From: Candidatus Enterousia sp.
GTDB lineage: Bacteria > Pseudomonadota > Alphaproteobacteria > Rs-D84
Direction of reading: 5' to 3'
Length of the DNA stretch: 64,000 nucleotides
Assembly: GCA_045613925.1 (NCBI GenBank)
Contig: JAZLBV010000007.1
Span: forward strand, 11,540 to 75,539
The position numbers and the translations under genes are program-made. Positions 9,995 to 18,280 of this stretch are shown here, in pieces. The notes under the pieces are model-generated. The model searched no databases. It was not told the DNA's origin and saw only the letters and a list, made by a program, of their open reading frames with translations. The stretch's first letter is position 1; every line of letters starts with the position of its first letter.

Positions 9995-10234
9995 ATGTAT
10001 ACTAACCTGAATCTTCAATTGATTTGTACAGAATGCCCAAAGGGGATGAATGAACAAAATTGCCCTGTTCGCAAATGTATTAAAGACGAATCTGGGCTTT
10101 TTAATCAATCTATAAATGAAAACGTTATAACGTTGGCAAAGCCATACAATGATGCGCGTGGTAAATACGAAGGCGTTTTGTCTGCTATTTTTGAAATGTG
10201 TAATGATTGTAAAAAAACAAATGTAAAGGAATAA
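9995..10234 (+). CDS. small cysteine-rich hypothetical protein (79 aa)
   Basis: AAGGAG lies 6 nt upstream. Cys pairs are CTEC, CPVRKC and CNDC. Confidence 0.5.
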   Translation: MYTNLNLQLICTECPKGMNEQNCPVRKCIKDESGLFNQSINENVITLAKPYNDARGKYEGVLSAIFEMCNDCKKTNVKE

Positions 10235-10239
10235 TTATC

Positions 10240-10500
10240 ATGATAAACAGAAGTTTTTTATTAAACGGTAAGAAGATTGTTGGCGTAGCCTGCCCTGTGT
10301 TGTTGGCTGATTGCAATGTTGTGAATTGGTGTGCACAAAACGGATATCCAGAATACAAGGAAGTTTTTATCACAAATTATCCATCAAAAAACACACAACA
10401 AAAGATTTGTTTCAAATTCAAAGGCTCAGATAATTCAACACGTGCTTTTGCAGAAAGTATTTCTGCGCTGTGTACAGAATGTAAATATAGGGTAAAATAA
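10240..10500 (+). CDS. small cysteine-rich hypothetical protein (86 aa)
   Basis: It is tightly packed between the previous ORF and trmD. It contains six Cys, including a C-terminal CTEC. Confidence 0.5.
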   Translation: MINRSFLLNGKKIVGVACPVLLADCNVVNWCAQNGYPEYKEVFITNYPSKNTQQKICFKFKGSDNSTRAFAESISALCTECKYRVK

Positions 10501-10501
10501 T

Positions 10502-11173
10502 TTGCATTTTAATATTCTGACTATTTTTCCAGAAATGTTTCCAGGAACCTTGGGCGGCGGCGTGGTTGGACGCGCACTTGAAAAGAAAATCTGGTCATAT
10601 AACACCATAAACATTCGTGATTTTGCCATAAATAACTATGGCAGTGTTGATGATGAACAATTTGGTGGTGGTGTGGGTATGGTAATGCGGCCCGATGTGT
10701 TGGGAAATGCATTAGATTCGGTTGAAAAACCGGGAAAAATTATATATTTTTCACCACGTGGTCGGGTTTTAAATCAAAAAATAGTGCACGAATATTTAAA
10801 TTATGATACAATTACCCTGCTTTGTGGTAGATACGAAGGCATTGATCAGCGGGTCATTGACCAATATGATATTGAAGAGCTTTCTATTGGCGATTATGTG
10901 CTGTCGGGTGGTGAGATTGCTGCGCAAGTTTTTATTGACAGTACAGTTCGTTTGATAGATAATGTGCTGGGTGGTGGTGCTGAGGCCACCCAAAATGAAA
11001 GTTTTGAAATCGGCGGGTTAGAATGGCCGTTGTATACCCGTCCGTCGGTATGGCGTGGACAAAGTGTCCCAGAAGTCCTGCTGTCTGGCCACCACGGCAA
11101 TATAGAACGGTGGCGGAAACAACAATCGGACGCAATAACCAAAGAACGTCGTCCGGATTTAACTAAGGAATAA
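10502..11173 (+). CDS. trmD: tRNA (guanine37-N1)-methyltransferase TrmD
   Basis: '[13 protein letters not shown]', 'YEGIDQRV' and '[11 protein letters not shown]' motifs are present. TTG start. Confidence 0.95.
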   Translation: MHFNILTIFPEMFPGTLGGGVVGRALEKKIWSYNTINIRDFAINNYGSVDDEQFGGGVGMVMRPDVLGNALDSVEKPGKIIYFSPRGRVLNQKIVHEYLNYDTITLLCGRYEGIDQRVIDQYDIEELSIGDYVLSGGEIAAQVFIDSTVRLIDNVLGGGAEATQNESFEIGGLEWPLYTRPSVWRGQSVPEVLLSGHHGNIERWRKQQSDAITKERRPDLTKE

Positions 11174-11177
11174 AAAA

Positions 11178-11567
11178 ATGAGTATTATTAAAAAAATTGA
11201 ACAAGAACAAATTGCTAAGTTAAAAAGCAACAAAGTTATCCCAGACTTCAAAGCTGGGGATACAGTCAAAGTACACGTAAAAATTAAAGATGGCGACAAA
11301 TTCCGCATCCAGATTTTCGAAGGCGTTGTTATTGCGCGCGATGGCGGAAATGGCAATAATGCATCGTTTACTGTGCGTCGTGAATCTTATGGTGTGGGTG
11401 TCGAACGTAAATTCCCGTTATATACACCTGCGATTGAAAAAATCGAAAAAGTTCGCGTTGGTAAAGTACGTCGTGCTAAGTTGTTCTTTTTGCGTGGTTT
11501 GTCTGGCAAAAAAGCGCGTATTGTCGAAGATTTGTCTGCAAATGCTGCAAAGAAAGAAGCAAAATAA
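11178..11567 (+). CDS. rplS: 50S ribosomal protein L19
   Basis: '[30 protein letters not shown]' and 'RRAKLFFLR' are present. Confidence 0.95.
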   Translation: MSIIKKIEQEQIAKLKSNKVIPDFKAGDTVKVHVKIKDGDKFRIQIFEGVVIARDGGNGNNASFTVRRESYGVGVERKFPLYTPAIEKIEKVRVGKVRRAKLFFLRGLSGKKARIVEDLSANAAKKEAK

Positions 11568-11596
11568 TTATATTTGTTTCTGTATGTATAAAAATT

Positions 11597-11618
11597 CCCG
11601 CGAAATGCGGGTTTTTTT
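11597..11618. terminator. intrinsic terminator shared by rplS (+) and the convergent phosphoesterase gene (-)
   Basis: Hairpin cccgc-gaaat-gcggg with a T7 run, and an A-run on the other side. Confidence 0.7.
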
Positions 11619-11619
11619 A

Positions 11620-12144
11620 TTATCTTGAAAATCTGCGAATACCAATTTCAAGAAATGGATTTTCTAATAGAACCGGTTTGTAATCCGTCTTTTCAACACA
11701 CACGTTTATACAATGGTCGTGTATTGGGAAATCATAATCACTTATATGAATATGTCCGTGAATATTCGCAATATTGGGCAGATTGCCAAATTCTTCCAAT
11801 GGTTCGTGTGATAACATAATATAATTTTCTGCGTCGTACACAGGATGTTTAAACACTTTTTCAAACCCACAATCTGTCCACCACCACGCAGAATGATTTC
11901 GGTCGTGATTGCCCATAATAAGATATTTATGCCCATTCATCCGAGATAAGATTTTACGGACTTTTTCTTTTTTGGCACCATACATAACATCGCCCAACCA
12001 ATAACAAACGTCAGATTTTTGAACAATTTGATTATAATTTGATATTAATGCTGCGTTCATCTTTTCAACGCTTTCAAATGGACGGTGTGCGTTTATTCTG
12101 ATGTTTTCGGAATCAAAATGTGGATCAGAAAATACATATCTCAT
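11620..12144 (-). CDS. small calcineurin-like metallophosphoesterase
   Basis: Metallophosphatase motifs appear in order: 'SDPHF', 'GDVMYG', 'GNHD', 'SHEP', 'GHIH'. Its start overlaps the stop of the upstream nucleotidyltransferase (NTase) gene (ATGA at 12141-12144). Confidence 0.8.
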   Translation of the reverse strand: MRYVFSDPHFDSENIRINAHRPFESVEKMNAALISNYNQIVQKSDVCYWLGDVMYGAKKEKVRKILSRMNGHKYLIMGNHDRNHSAWWWTDCGFEKVFKHPVYDAENYIMLSHEPLEEFGNLPNIANIHGHIHISDYDFPIHDHCINVCVEKTDYKPVLLENPFLEIGIRRFSR

Positions 12145-13073
12145 TTTGAATTTTCCTTTAATGTTTTTATATTTCTATTTAATTTATTTATAGTCATCAA
12201 AACACAGGGCCACGATTCAGCATTGCGGATAAAACGCCCCTGTAAGTTCTGATAATCAACCGACAAACGTTTCATATCTGAAACAGTTGGCATTAATTTT
12301 ACATCGTGTACAGATGTCAATGGCGCCAATTTTCGCGTAGTAAATTTGGCCTGGTATTCTGCGACAGATAATAACATATTTTGTGTTTGGCATAAATCAA
12401 CGTTTTTCGATAATGTTGCAACGTCGCTGTAATGATTTGCCAAACCAGGACGCATCATACCTATTTCGTGTATTGTGTGCAAAGCGTATACTTTGTCCCA
12501 AAAAGTTTGTGCATAATGGACAGATGGAATATCTGATGACATCGTTGTTCCTGTGGAATAAGGCGTCACAGGTTTACGCTGTATAGCATTCGCATCATAA
12601 TGGCGCGGAATAAATTCTATGTTAATATCACCACCCTTTGGATTTATTTCCGATTGATACAAAATATGCAATGTTGGCGATGCGGCGCCATAATGGATAT
12701 TATTATTAGCACGATATTGATGGTCAGTTATTACCTGAAAATCGCCGATTTGTTTTAACGTAGCAGACACTTTGTCGTTTAAATCATTAAATACAAATTT
12801 AGTAAAACGAACACGAAATCTGTGTAATTGGCTGCTGTTTGCGGGATTTTCGTTAAAATCAGTTAGTGCTAAATCTATATCTTGGCCGATACGATTACCA
12901 AGTTTATAAATCTTGGTTATTGTTCCACCACCCGCAAAAACGAAATTATCTTTGAAATAAGATTCGTCGAATAACCTGTCTAAAATCACACATTCAAGAT
13001 AGTCTTTTTCGGCCAGCAATGGATTTTTTGCTGATTTAAATGAATCTATGATATATTTGTCGTTATCGTACAT
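12141..13073 (-). CDS. AbiEii/DUF1814-type nucleotidyltransferase (toxin-like)
   Basis: The N-terminal 'LLAEKDYLECVILDRL' and the pol-beta motif 'FAGGGTITKIYKLGNRIGQDIDLAL' are present. A later 'TFWDKVYALH...NHYSDVATL' resembles the AbiEii C-terminal helix motif. Confidence 0.7.
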   Translation of the reverse strand: MYDNDKYIIDSFKSAKNPLLAEKDYLECVILDRLFDESYFKDNFVFAGGGTITKIYKLGNRIGQDIDLALTDFNENPANSSQLHRFRVRFTKFVFNDLNDKVSATLKQIGDFQVITDHQYRANNNIHYGAASPTLHILYQSEINPKGGDINIEFIPRHYDANAIQRKPVTPYSTGTTMSSDIPSVHYAQTFWDKVYALHTIHEIGMMRPGLANHYSDVATLSKNVDLCQTQNMLLSVAEYQAKFTTRKLAPLTSVHDVKLMPTVSDMKRLSVDYQNLQGRFIRNAESWPCVLMTINKLNRNIKTLKENSK

Positions 13074-13474
13074 ATTTTATCTATCGTTTATTCCGGGTAC
13101 GTGTTGCCTTGATTTTTTTCTTTAACCGACCCCAATAGTTCTAACAAAAAAGAACGTTTTTGTCAATAGTTTATTACACATTTATTCACTATAAAAAAAC
13201 ACAATAAAATCAATATGTTATCTGCTTTGCTGTTTTGTTTGTGGCTCTTTTTAACAGATATTACAAAAACGTTCTTTTAAAATGCATAAAAATCTGATAA
13301 AAAAATATGTATAAACAACAAGATATTTATAATAATATATTTTAGCAATTTATTGATATTATGATGATTTTTAGCGGGATTTAATTGATAAATATATTTT
13401 TATTTGTCAAATAAATTGTAAAAATTTACATTTATAGGTTTGACTTAAATACAATATAGCGTTAATATGTAGAT

Positions 13475-13837
13475 ATGAAGAAAAAATATTCTGTGTTTGC
13501 GATTTTTTTTGGGATTGTGGTGTGTTTTGCGCCCCACTCTGTTTTTTCATATGTTGAAAAAAATGTTGCGGTTGTTCGTGTAATGAACAAGGCCGCTGGC
13601 AAGACCCAACTTGTTCCTGTTAATGTTGGACAAAGCGTACAGCACGATGGATTGACTTTGATTGCGCGAAATTGCAAGCAATCCGATCCGTTTGATGCTG
13701 AAAATTTCTTTGTATTCATTGAAATATATACAAAGACAGATGGTCGGATTTTTAGTGGTTGGATGAATCGTAATGAACCAGGACAAAATCCTTTGCAGAA
13801 TGATACATACGATGTATGGCTTGAAAAATGTGAGTAA
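13475..13837 (+). CDS. secreted DUF2155-like protein
   Basis: It has a signal peptide. The pattern 'VRVMNKAAGKTQLVPVNVGQSV...GLTLIARNCKQSDPFDAENFFVFIEI' recalls alphaproteobacterial DUF2155. The assignment is from memory of the family and is unverified. Confidence 0.5.
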   Translation: MKKKYSVFAIFFGIVVCFAPHSVFSYVEKNVAVVRVMNKAAGKTQLVPVNVGQSVQHDGLTLIARNCKQSDPFDAENFFVFIEIYTKTDGRIFSGWMNRNEPGQNPLQNDTYDVWLEKCE

Positions 13838-13842
13838 TCCAG

Positions 13843-14196
13843 ATGTCAAAGGAAACAAAAATCCAAAGATTAAAACGTTTTGTTAAAATTTCTGTCGCGT
13901 GTTGTGTATTAATACTTTTGATTGTATTAGGTTTTTTTGTAAAACATATTTACACATTTGAAAATTCAAATATGAAAAAATGGTTATCTTTGTCCGAACA
14001 ACAACAAATTTTGACGGTAAAACGTATAGTTCCAGATTTTGATGTGTTGGAAAATGGCGATTTATTAATTCAATGTATAACTAAAATTGCCCAGTTGCCA
14101 AATTCTGAAAGTATGGACATTCGGGACGCTGTGTCGCTTTGTTATAATGGTATAAAGATAAATGCCAACGAAAATTCTGAAAAAGATGAAAAATAA
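13843..14196 (+). CDS. hypothetical membrane protein (117 aa)
   Basis: It has one TM helix ('ISVACCVLILLIVLGFFV'). I recognise no motif. Confidence 0.45.
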   Translation: MSKETKIQRLKRFVKISVACCVLILLIVLGFFVKHIYTFENSNMKKWLSLSEQQQILTVKRIVPDFDVLENGDLLIQCITKIAQLPNSESMDIRDAVSLCYNGIKINANENSEKDEK

Positions 14197-14884
14197 ATTT
14201 ATTCTGTTTTGTTGTGCGGTGCTGTTGGTTGCGTGTTCAAAATCACATCCAGTGTATATCGGCGCAGAATATGTTGGTAAGAAATATACTGTCGACCCCC
14301 TGGGGGAAGAAAAATTTCCAGACCTGGATCCGCTTATTCGATTTGATGCGTTCGATTGTATGACGTTTGTTGAAACGTCTTTGGCGGGCGGCGATTTAGA
14401 TAAACTTAATAAAATACGATATAAAAATGGCGATATAGATTTTTTAAACCGCAATCATTTTACAGAAACTGATTGGTTAGAAAACAACAAAAATATTGTT
14501 GAAAATATAAGTTCTGAATATGGTAAAACCGCCACACGAAATGCTGTCATAGATAAACAAAAATGGTTTAAACGTGTGCACAAAATTGATGTAAAAATTC
14601 CAAAACAGACCGCAAAGGTTGAATATATACCCTATTTGGAATTGGATGATATTAAAAACGATGAAGTTTTAATAGTTTTATTTGTTATCGACAATCTAAA
14701 AATGCGTGATAAAATAGGAAGTGATTTGGCGATATCTCATATGGGATTTTTATTACCAAATGGGATTCTGCGCCACGCATCACGTGATTTTGGTCGTGTT
14801 GTTGATGTCAATTTCAAAGAATACATCGCAACACGTGCAAAAAACAAAAATGATTTAGGAATAACTTTGTTAAGGATAAAATAA
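14186..14884 (+). CDS. lipoprotein, DUF1460/amidase-like (tentative)
   Basis: It has the lipobox 'LLVACS'. 'YTVDPLGEE...FDAFDCMTFVETSLA' resembles DUF1460. The start is ambiguous (14162 or 14186). Confidence 0.5.
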   Translation: MKNKFILFCCAVLLVACSKSHPVYIGAEYVGKKYTVDPLGEEKFPDLDPLIRFDAFDCMTFVETSLAGGDLDKLNKIRYKNGDIDFLNRNHFTETDWLENNKNIVENISSEYGKTATRNAVIDKQKWFKRVHKIDVKIPKQTAKVEYIPYLELDDIKNDEVLIVLFVIDNLKMRDKIGSDLAISHMGFLLPNGILRHASRDFGRVVDVNFKEYIATRAKNKNDLGITLLRIK

Positions 14885-14885
14885 A

Positions 14886-16007
14886 ATGCCAGAAAATATA
14901 ATTCGTATGGATATGGGGACAAACACAGAACACAAGAAATCTGATAAATCTGTGTTGTGTTTAGGGATAGAATCGTCTTGTGATGAAACCAGTGCCGCCA
15001 TAGTGGATAGCGATAAGAATATCTTGGCACATATTATTTATTCACAAATCCCAGAACATCAAAAATATGGTGGCGTAGTACCAGAATTAGCGGCACGTGC
15101 GCATATTTTGGCTGTGGATGAAGTTATTCGGTTAACACTTGAACGTGCCGGCAAGACCGTAGATGATATTGATGTTATTGCAGCAACTGCGGGGCCGGGA
15201 TTGATTGGTGGGGTTTTGGTTGGCTGGATGGCGGCCACAGGTATCGCGAACGCGAAAAACAAACCATTGGTTGCGGTAAATCATCTTGAAGGACATGCTT
15301 TGGTGCCACGTCTTTGTGCTGCATCCGCAACAGATTCTGCAACAAATATAAATGTCGAGTTTCCATATTTGTTGATGTTAGCGTCGGGTGGGCATTGTCA
15401 AATATTGTTGGTTCATAATGTTGGCAAATATGAATTAATTGGGCAAACATTGGATGATAGCGCCGGTGAAGCATTTGACAAGGTTGCAAAGATGTTAGGC
15501 TTGGGATATCCTGGGGGACCAATAGTTGATAAACGCGCAAAATCAGGCAATCCAAAAAAATTCCATTTTCCAAGGCCGCTTTGTGATAAACCGGGATGTG
15601 ATTTTTCATTTTCTGGAATAAAAACTGCGGCGCGTATGTTGTTGGACAAGACCCAACAATCAGATATAAATGATGATTTTATAAATGATTTTTGTGCTTC
15701 GTTTCAAGCATCTGTTGTTGACTGTATAATAAATCGATTAACCAATGCCCTTAAAGACAAACGGGTTCAGGTTGCCGCACCAAAAACTATGGTTGTTGCG
15801 GGCGGTGTGGCTAAAAACAGTGCGATACGTTCTGCAATGGAAGATTTAGCGAATAAATCAAATATGCTTTTTGCGGCACCGCCTATGAATTTATGTACAG
15901 ATAATGGCGCGATGATTGCCTGGGCAGGGATAGAAAACTATAAAATCGGTAATATTGTTCGTGAACCTGTTGCACCCCGCCCGCGTTGGCCGTTGACGGA
16001 ATTATAA
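14886..16007 (+). CDS. tsaD: tRNA N6-adenosine threonylcarbamoyltransferase TsaD
   Basis: 'LGIESSCDETSAAIV', 'VNHLEGH' and 'GGVAKNSAIR' motifs are present. Confidence 0.95.
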   Translation: MPENIIRMDMGTNTEHKKSDKSVLCLGIESSCDETSAAIVDSDKNILAHIIYSQIPEHQKYGGVVPELAARAHILAVDEVIRLTLERAGKTVDDIDVIAATAGPGLIGGVLVGWMAATGIANAKNKPLVAVNHLEGHALVPRLCAASATDSATNINVEFPYLLMLASGGHCQILLVHNVGKYELIGQTLDDSAGEAFDKVAKMLGLGYPGGPIVDKRAKSGNPKKFHFPRPLCDKPGCDFSFSGIKTAARMLLDKTQQSDINDDFINDFCASFQASVVDCIINRLTNALKDKRVQVAAPKTMVVAGGVAKNSAIRSAMEDLANKSNMLFAAPPMNLCTDNGAMIAWAGIENYKIGNIVREPVAPRPRWPLTEL

Positions 16008-16028
16008 AATAATGATAAAATATGCATT

Positions 16029-16529
16029 ATGAAGACATATTCAGAACGTTATGAAGAATTTACAAAAGCAACCGTTAAATTGGCTGAACGTATTCATAAT
16101 GCAAATAAAAATAAATTTGCCGATGTAAAATATACTTTGCCCCAGGTGATTTTTGCGTTGCGCAGTATTTATAAAGATCCAATATTTCACGAAAAATTTG
16201 TTAGCAGTAAAATGTCTGAAAACAAATGGTCTTCTGGATTTTGTGCGATGGCCAGTGTTGTTGTATACGAAATGTTTGGTGGATCAGATGTTTGGGATTT
16301 AATGGCTATACGTTATAAAGATTGGAAATATGGTTCGGTTGTGTTTTTGCGCGATAAAGCAACTGGATTAAATTTTGGAACAACTGGTGAACATTTTTAT
16401 CCGATTGAGGTGCCTTATGAGATTGGTACACCATTGAATATAGAAAAACTAAAAACTCCAAACAAAGATACGTTTAAAAATGTTTTGATGTTTCAATTAA
16501 AACGCCTGGATAAAAATATTGGGATTTAA
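16029..16529 (+). CDS. hypothetical protein (166 aa)
   Basis: The ORF is tightly packed between tsaD and xseA. No motif recognised. Confidence 0.5.
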   Translation: MKTYSERYEEFTKATVKLAERIHNANKNKFADVKYTLPQVIFALRSIYKDPIFHEKFVSSKMSENKWSSGFCAMASVVVYEMFGGSDVWDLMAIRYKDWKYGSVVFLRDKATGLNFGTTGEHFYPIEVPYEIGTPLNIEKLKTPNKDTFKNVLMFQLKRLDKNIGI

Positions 16530-16533
16530 AACA

Positions 16534-17775
16534 ATGTTGCAAAAACCAGAACCGTTTGTAAAACCCGATATGATATTCAGTGTTTCTGATGCGTCTCAAT
16601 TACTAAAAAAAGTTGTAGAAACTGCTTTTCCTGAAATTCGTATTCGCGGAGAGCTATCCCAGATTACTCGCGCAACGTCTGGGCATTTGTATATGACTAT
16701 CAAAGATGCCAACGCCGCAATAAATGCGATTATTTGGCGCGGAACACCTGTGAATTTTAAATTGGAAGATGGTCTGGAAGTTATTATAACTGGACGCTTT
16801 ACAACATACCCAGCACGCAGTAATTATCAAATTATTATAAATTCTATTGAAATGGCGGGCGTGGGGGCGATATTAAAAATGCTTGAAGAACGCAAACAAA
16901 AATTGGCACACGAAGGCTTGTTTGATGAATCTCGCAAAAAACCATTGCCACGGTTTCCGCAAACAATCGGTGTCGTCACAAGTCCAACCGGAGCCGCGTT
17001 TCAAGATATTCAAAACAGATTGCGCGAACGTTTTCCTGTGCGGGTGTTGCTTTACCCTGCAACTGTTCAGGGGGCGACTGCCGCGGCAGAGGTTGCTGCG
17101 GGTATAGAATACTTTAACAAAATGAATAATGTTGATGTTATTATTGTTGCACGTGGCGGTGGTGCTTTGGAAGATTTATTGCCCTTTTCCGAAGAAATTG
17201 TCGTTCGTGCTGCCGCAGCTAGTCATATACCGCTTATTTCTGGGGTTGGACACGAACCAGACTGGATGTTGATTGATTTTGCGGCTGATGTGCGTGCGCC
17301 TACGCCGACTGGTGCTGCTGAAATGGTTGTGCCAACAAAGATTTCTTTGGTTCAAGAACTAGATAATTTATCTCACAGATTATCAAATGCTTTTACAAAC
17401 CAATTAATTGGTTTGAAGAAAAATATTTCAAATATAAATATAAAAAGTCCAAAACAAATTTTAATGGAACAATCTCAACGTCTGGACGATGTTGGGCGGA
17501 CTATGTCGCTGATAATTGGAACAAAGATGCAAACTGCACGACAAAAATTGGATTTAATGGATCGGTTTCCAAGTATGTTAAACAATAAAATGAATATGTT
17601 AAATCAATCTGTGGCACATATCGGACAAATGTTGACATCTTTGTCTTATAAAAATGTTTTACAACGCGGTTTTGCGATTGTTCGCGATGAAAATGATAAA
17701 ATAGTAAGCACTATTTCGGCAAAACCTGCAAGCATAGAATTTGCAGATGGTATATTAAATCTTGACAGTAAATAG
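16534..17775 (+). CDS. xseA: exodeoxyribonuclease VII large subunit
   Basis: It has an OB-fold N-terminus ('IRIRGELSQITRATSGHLYMTIKD'), plus 'RGGGALEDL' and 'ISGVGHEPD'. Confidence 0.9.
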   Translation: MLQKPEPFVKPDMIFSVSDASQLLKKVVETAFPEIRIRGELSQITRATSGHLYMTIKDANAAINAIIWRGTPVNFKLEDGLEVIITGRFTTYPARSNYQIIINSIEMAGVGAILKMLEERKQKLAHEGLFDESRKKPLPRFPQTIGVVTSPTGAAFQDIQNRLRERFPVRVLLYPATVQGATAAAEVAAGIEYFNKMNNVDVIIVARGGGALEDLLPFSEEIVVRAAAASHIPLISGVGHEPDWMLIDFAADVRAPTPTGAAEMVVPTKISLVQELDNLSHRLSNAFTNQLIGLKKNISNINIKSPKQILMEQSQRLDDVGRTMSLIIGTKMQTARQKLDLMDRFPSMLNNKMNMLNQSVAHIGQMLTSLSYKNVLQRGFAIVRDENDKIVSTISAKPASIEFADGILNLDSK

Positions 17776-17821
17776 ATATATTCTATGATTATCATCGTAA
17801 AAAAACAAAAGGATTTATAAA

Positions 17822-18238
17822 ATGGCACAGGGTATATTTCCACCAAAACATCCTCTTAATCCTGCAATAAAATCAGAGATGCTGAAGACTTTACGCAGAA
17901 CAGATGTGTATGTCGTTGAAAATAACGATGAAGACAATTTGTTTTTTTCAACCAAAATTAATAACCTGGGCAATGAAACTTTGATTCAATATGATTTTGA
18001 CCAGGACCAAGGAATACATACTATTACATATATGGGTGTTGTAGTTGCTGAAATGGGAATGCATATCAGTATGAAATTGACAAAACAACATAAAGATATT
18101 CTGAATGTTTGCCAAAGAATTGAGAACAAAGCGAAAACATTTAAAGAACTTTCAGACGCCAAAGACAAAATGTCCAAAGAAGAATCTCTGGCATATCAAC
18201 GCGCAAAACGCGAAGCACAAAATGCTAGATACGATTAA
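17822..18238 (+). CDS. hypothetical protein (138 aa)
   Basis: ORF with an upstream AAGGA. No motif recognised. Confidence 0.5.
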   Translation: MAQGIFPPKHPLNPAIKSEMLKTLRRTDVYVVENNDEDNLFFSTKINNLGNETLIQYDFDQDQGIHTITYMGVVVAEMGMHISMKLTKQHKDILNVCQRIENKAKTFKELSDAKDKMSKEESLAYQRAKREAQNARYD

Positions 18239-18254
18239 GTTTATTTGTTGATTA

Positions 18255-18280
18255 AAAACCGCCAGTTTGGCGGTTTTTTT
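18255..18280. terminator. bidirectional terminator (17822 ORF / recN)
   Basis: A-run, hairpin ccgcc-agttt-ggcgg, then T7. It overlaps the recN stop codon. Confidence 0.65.
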
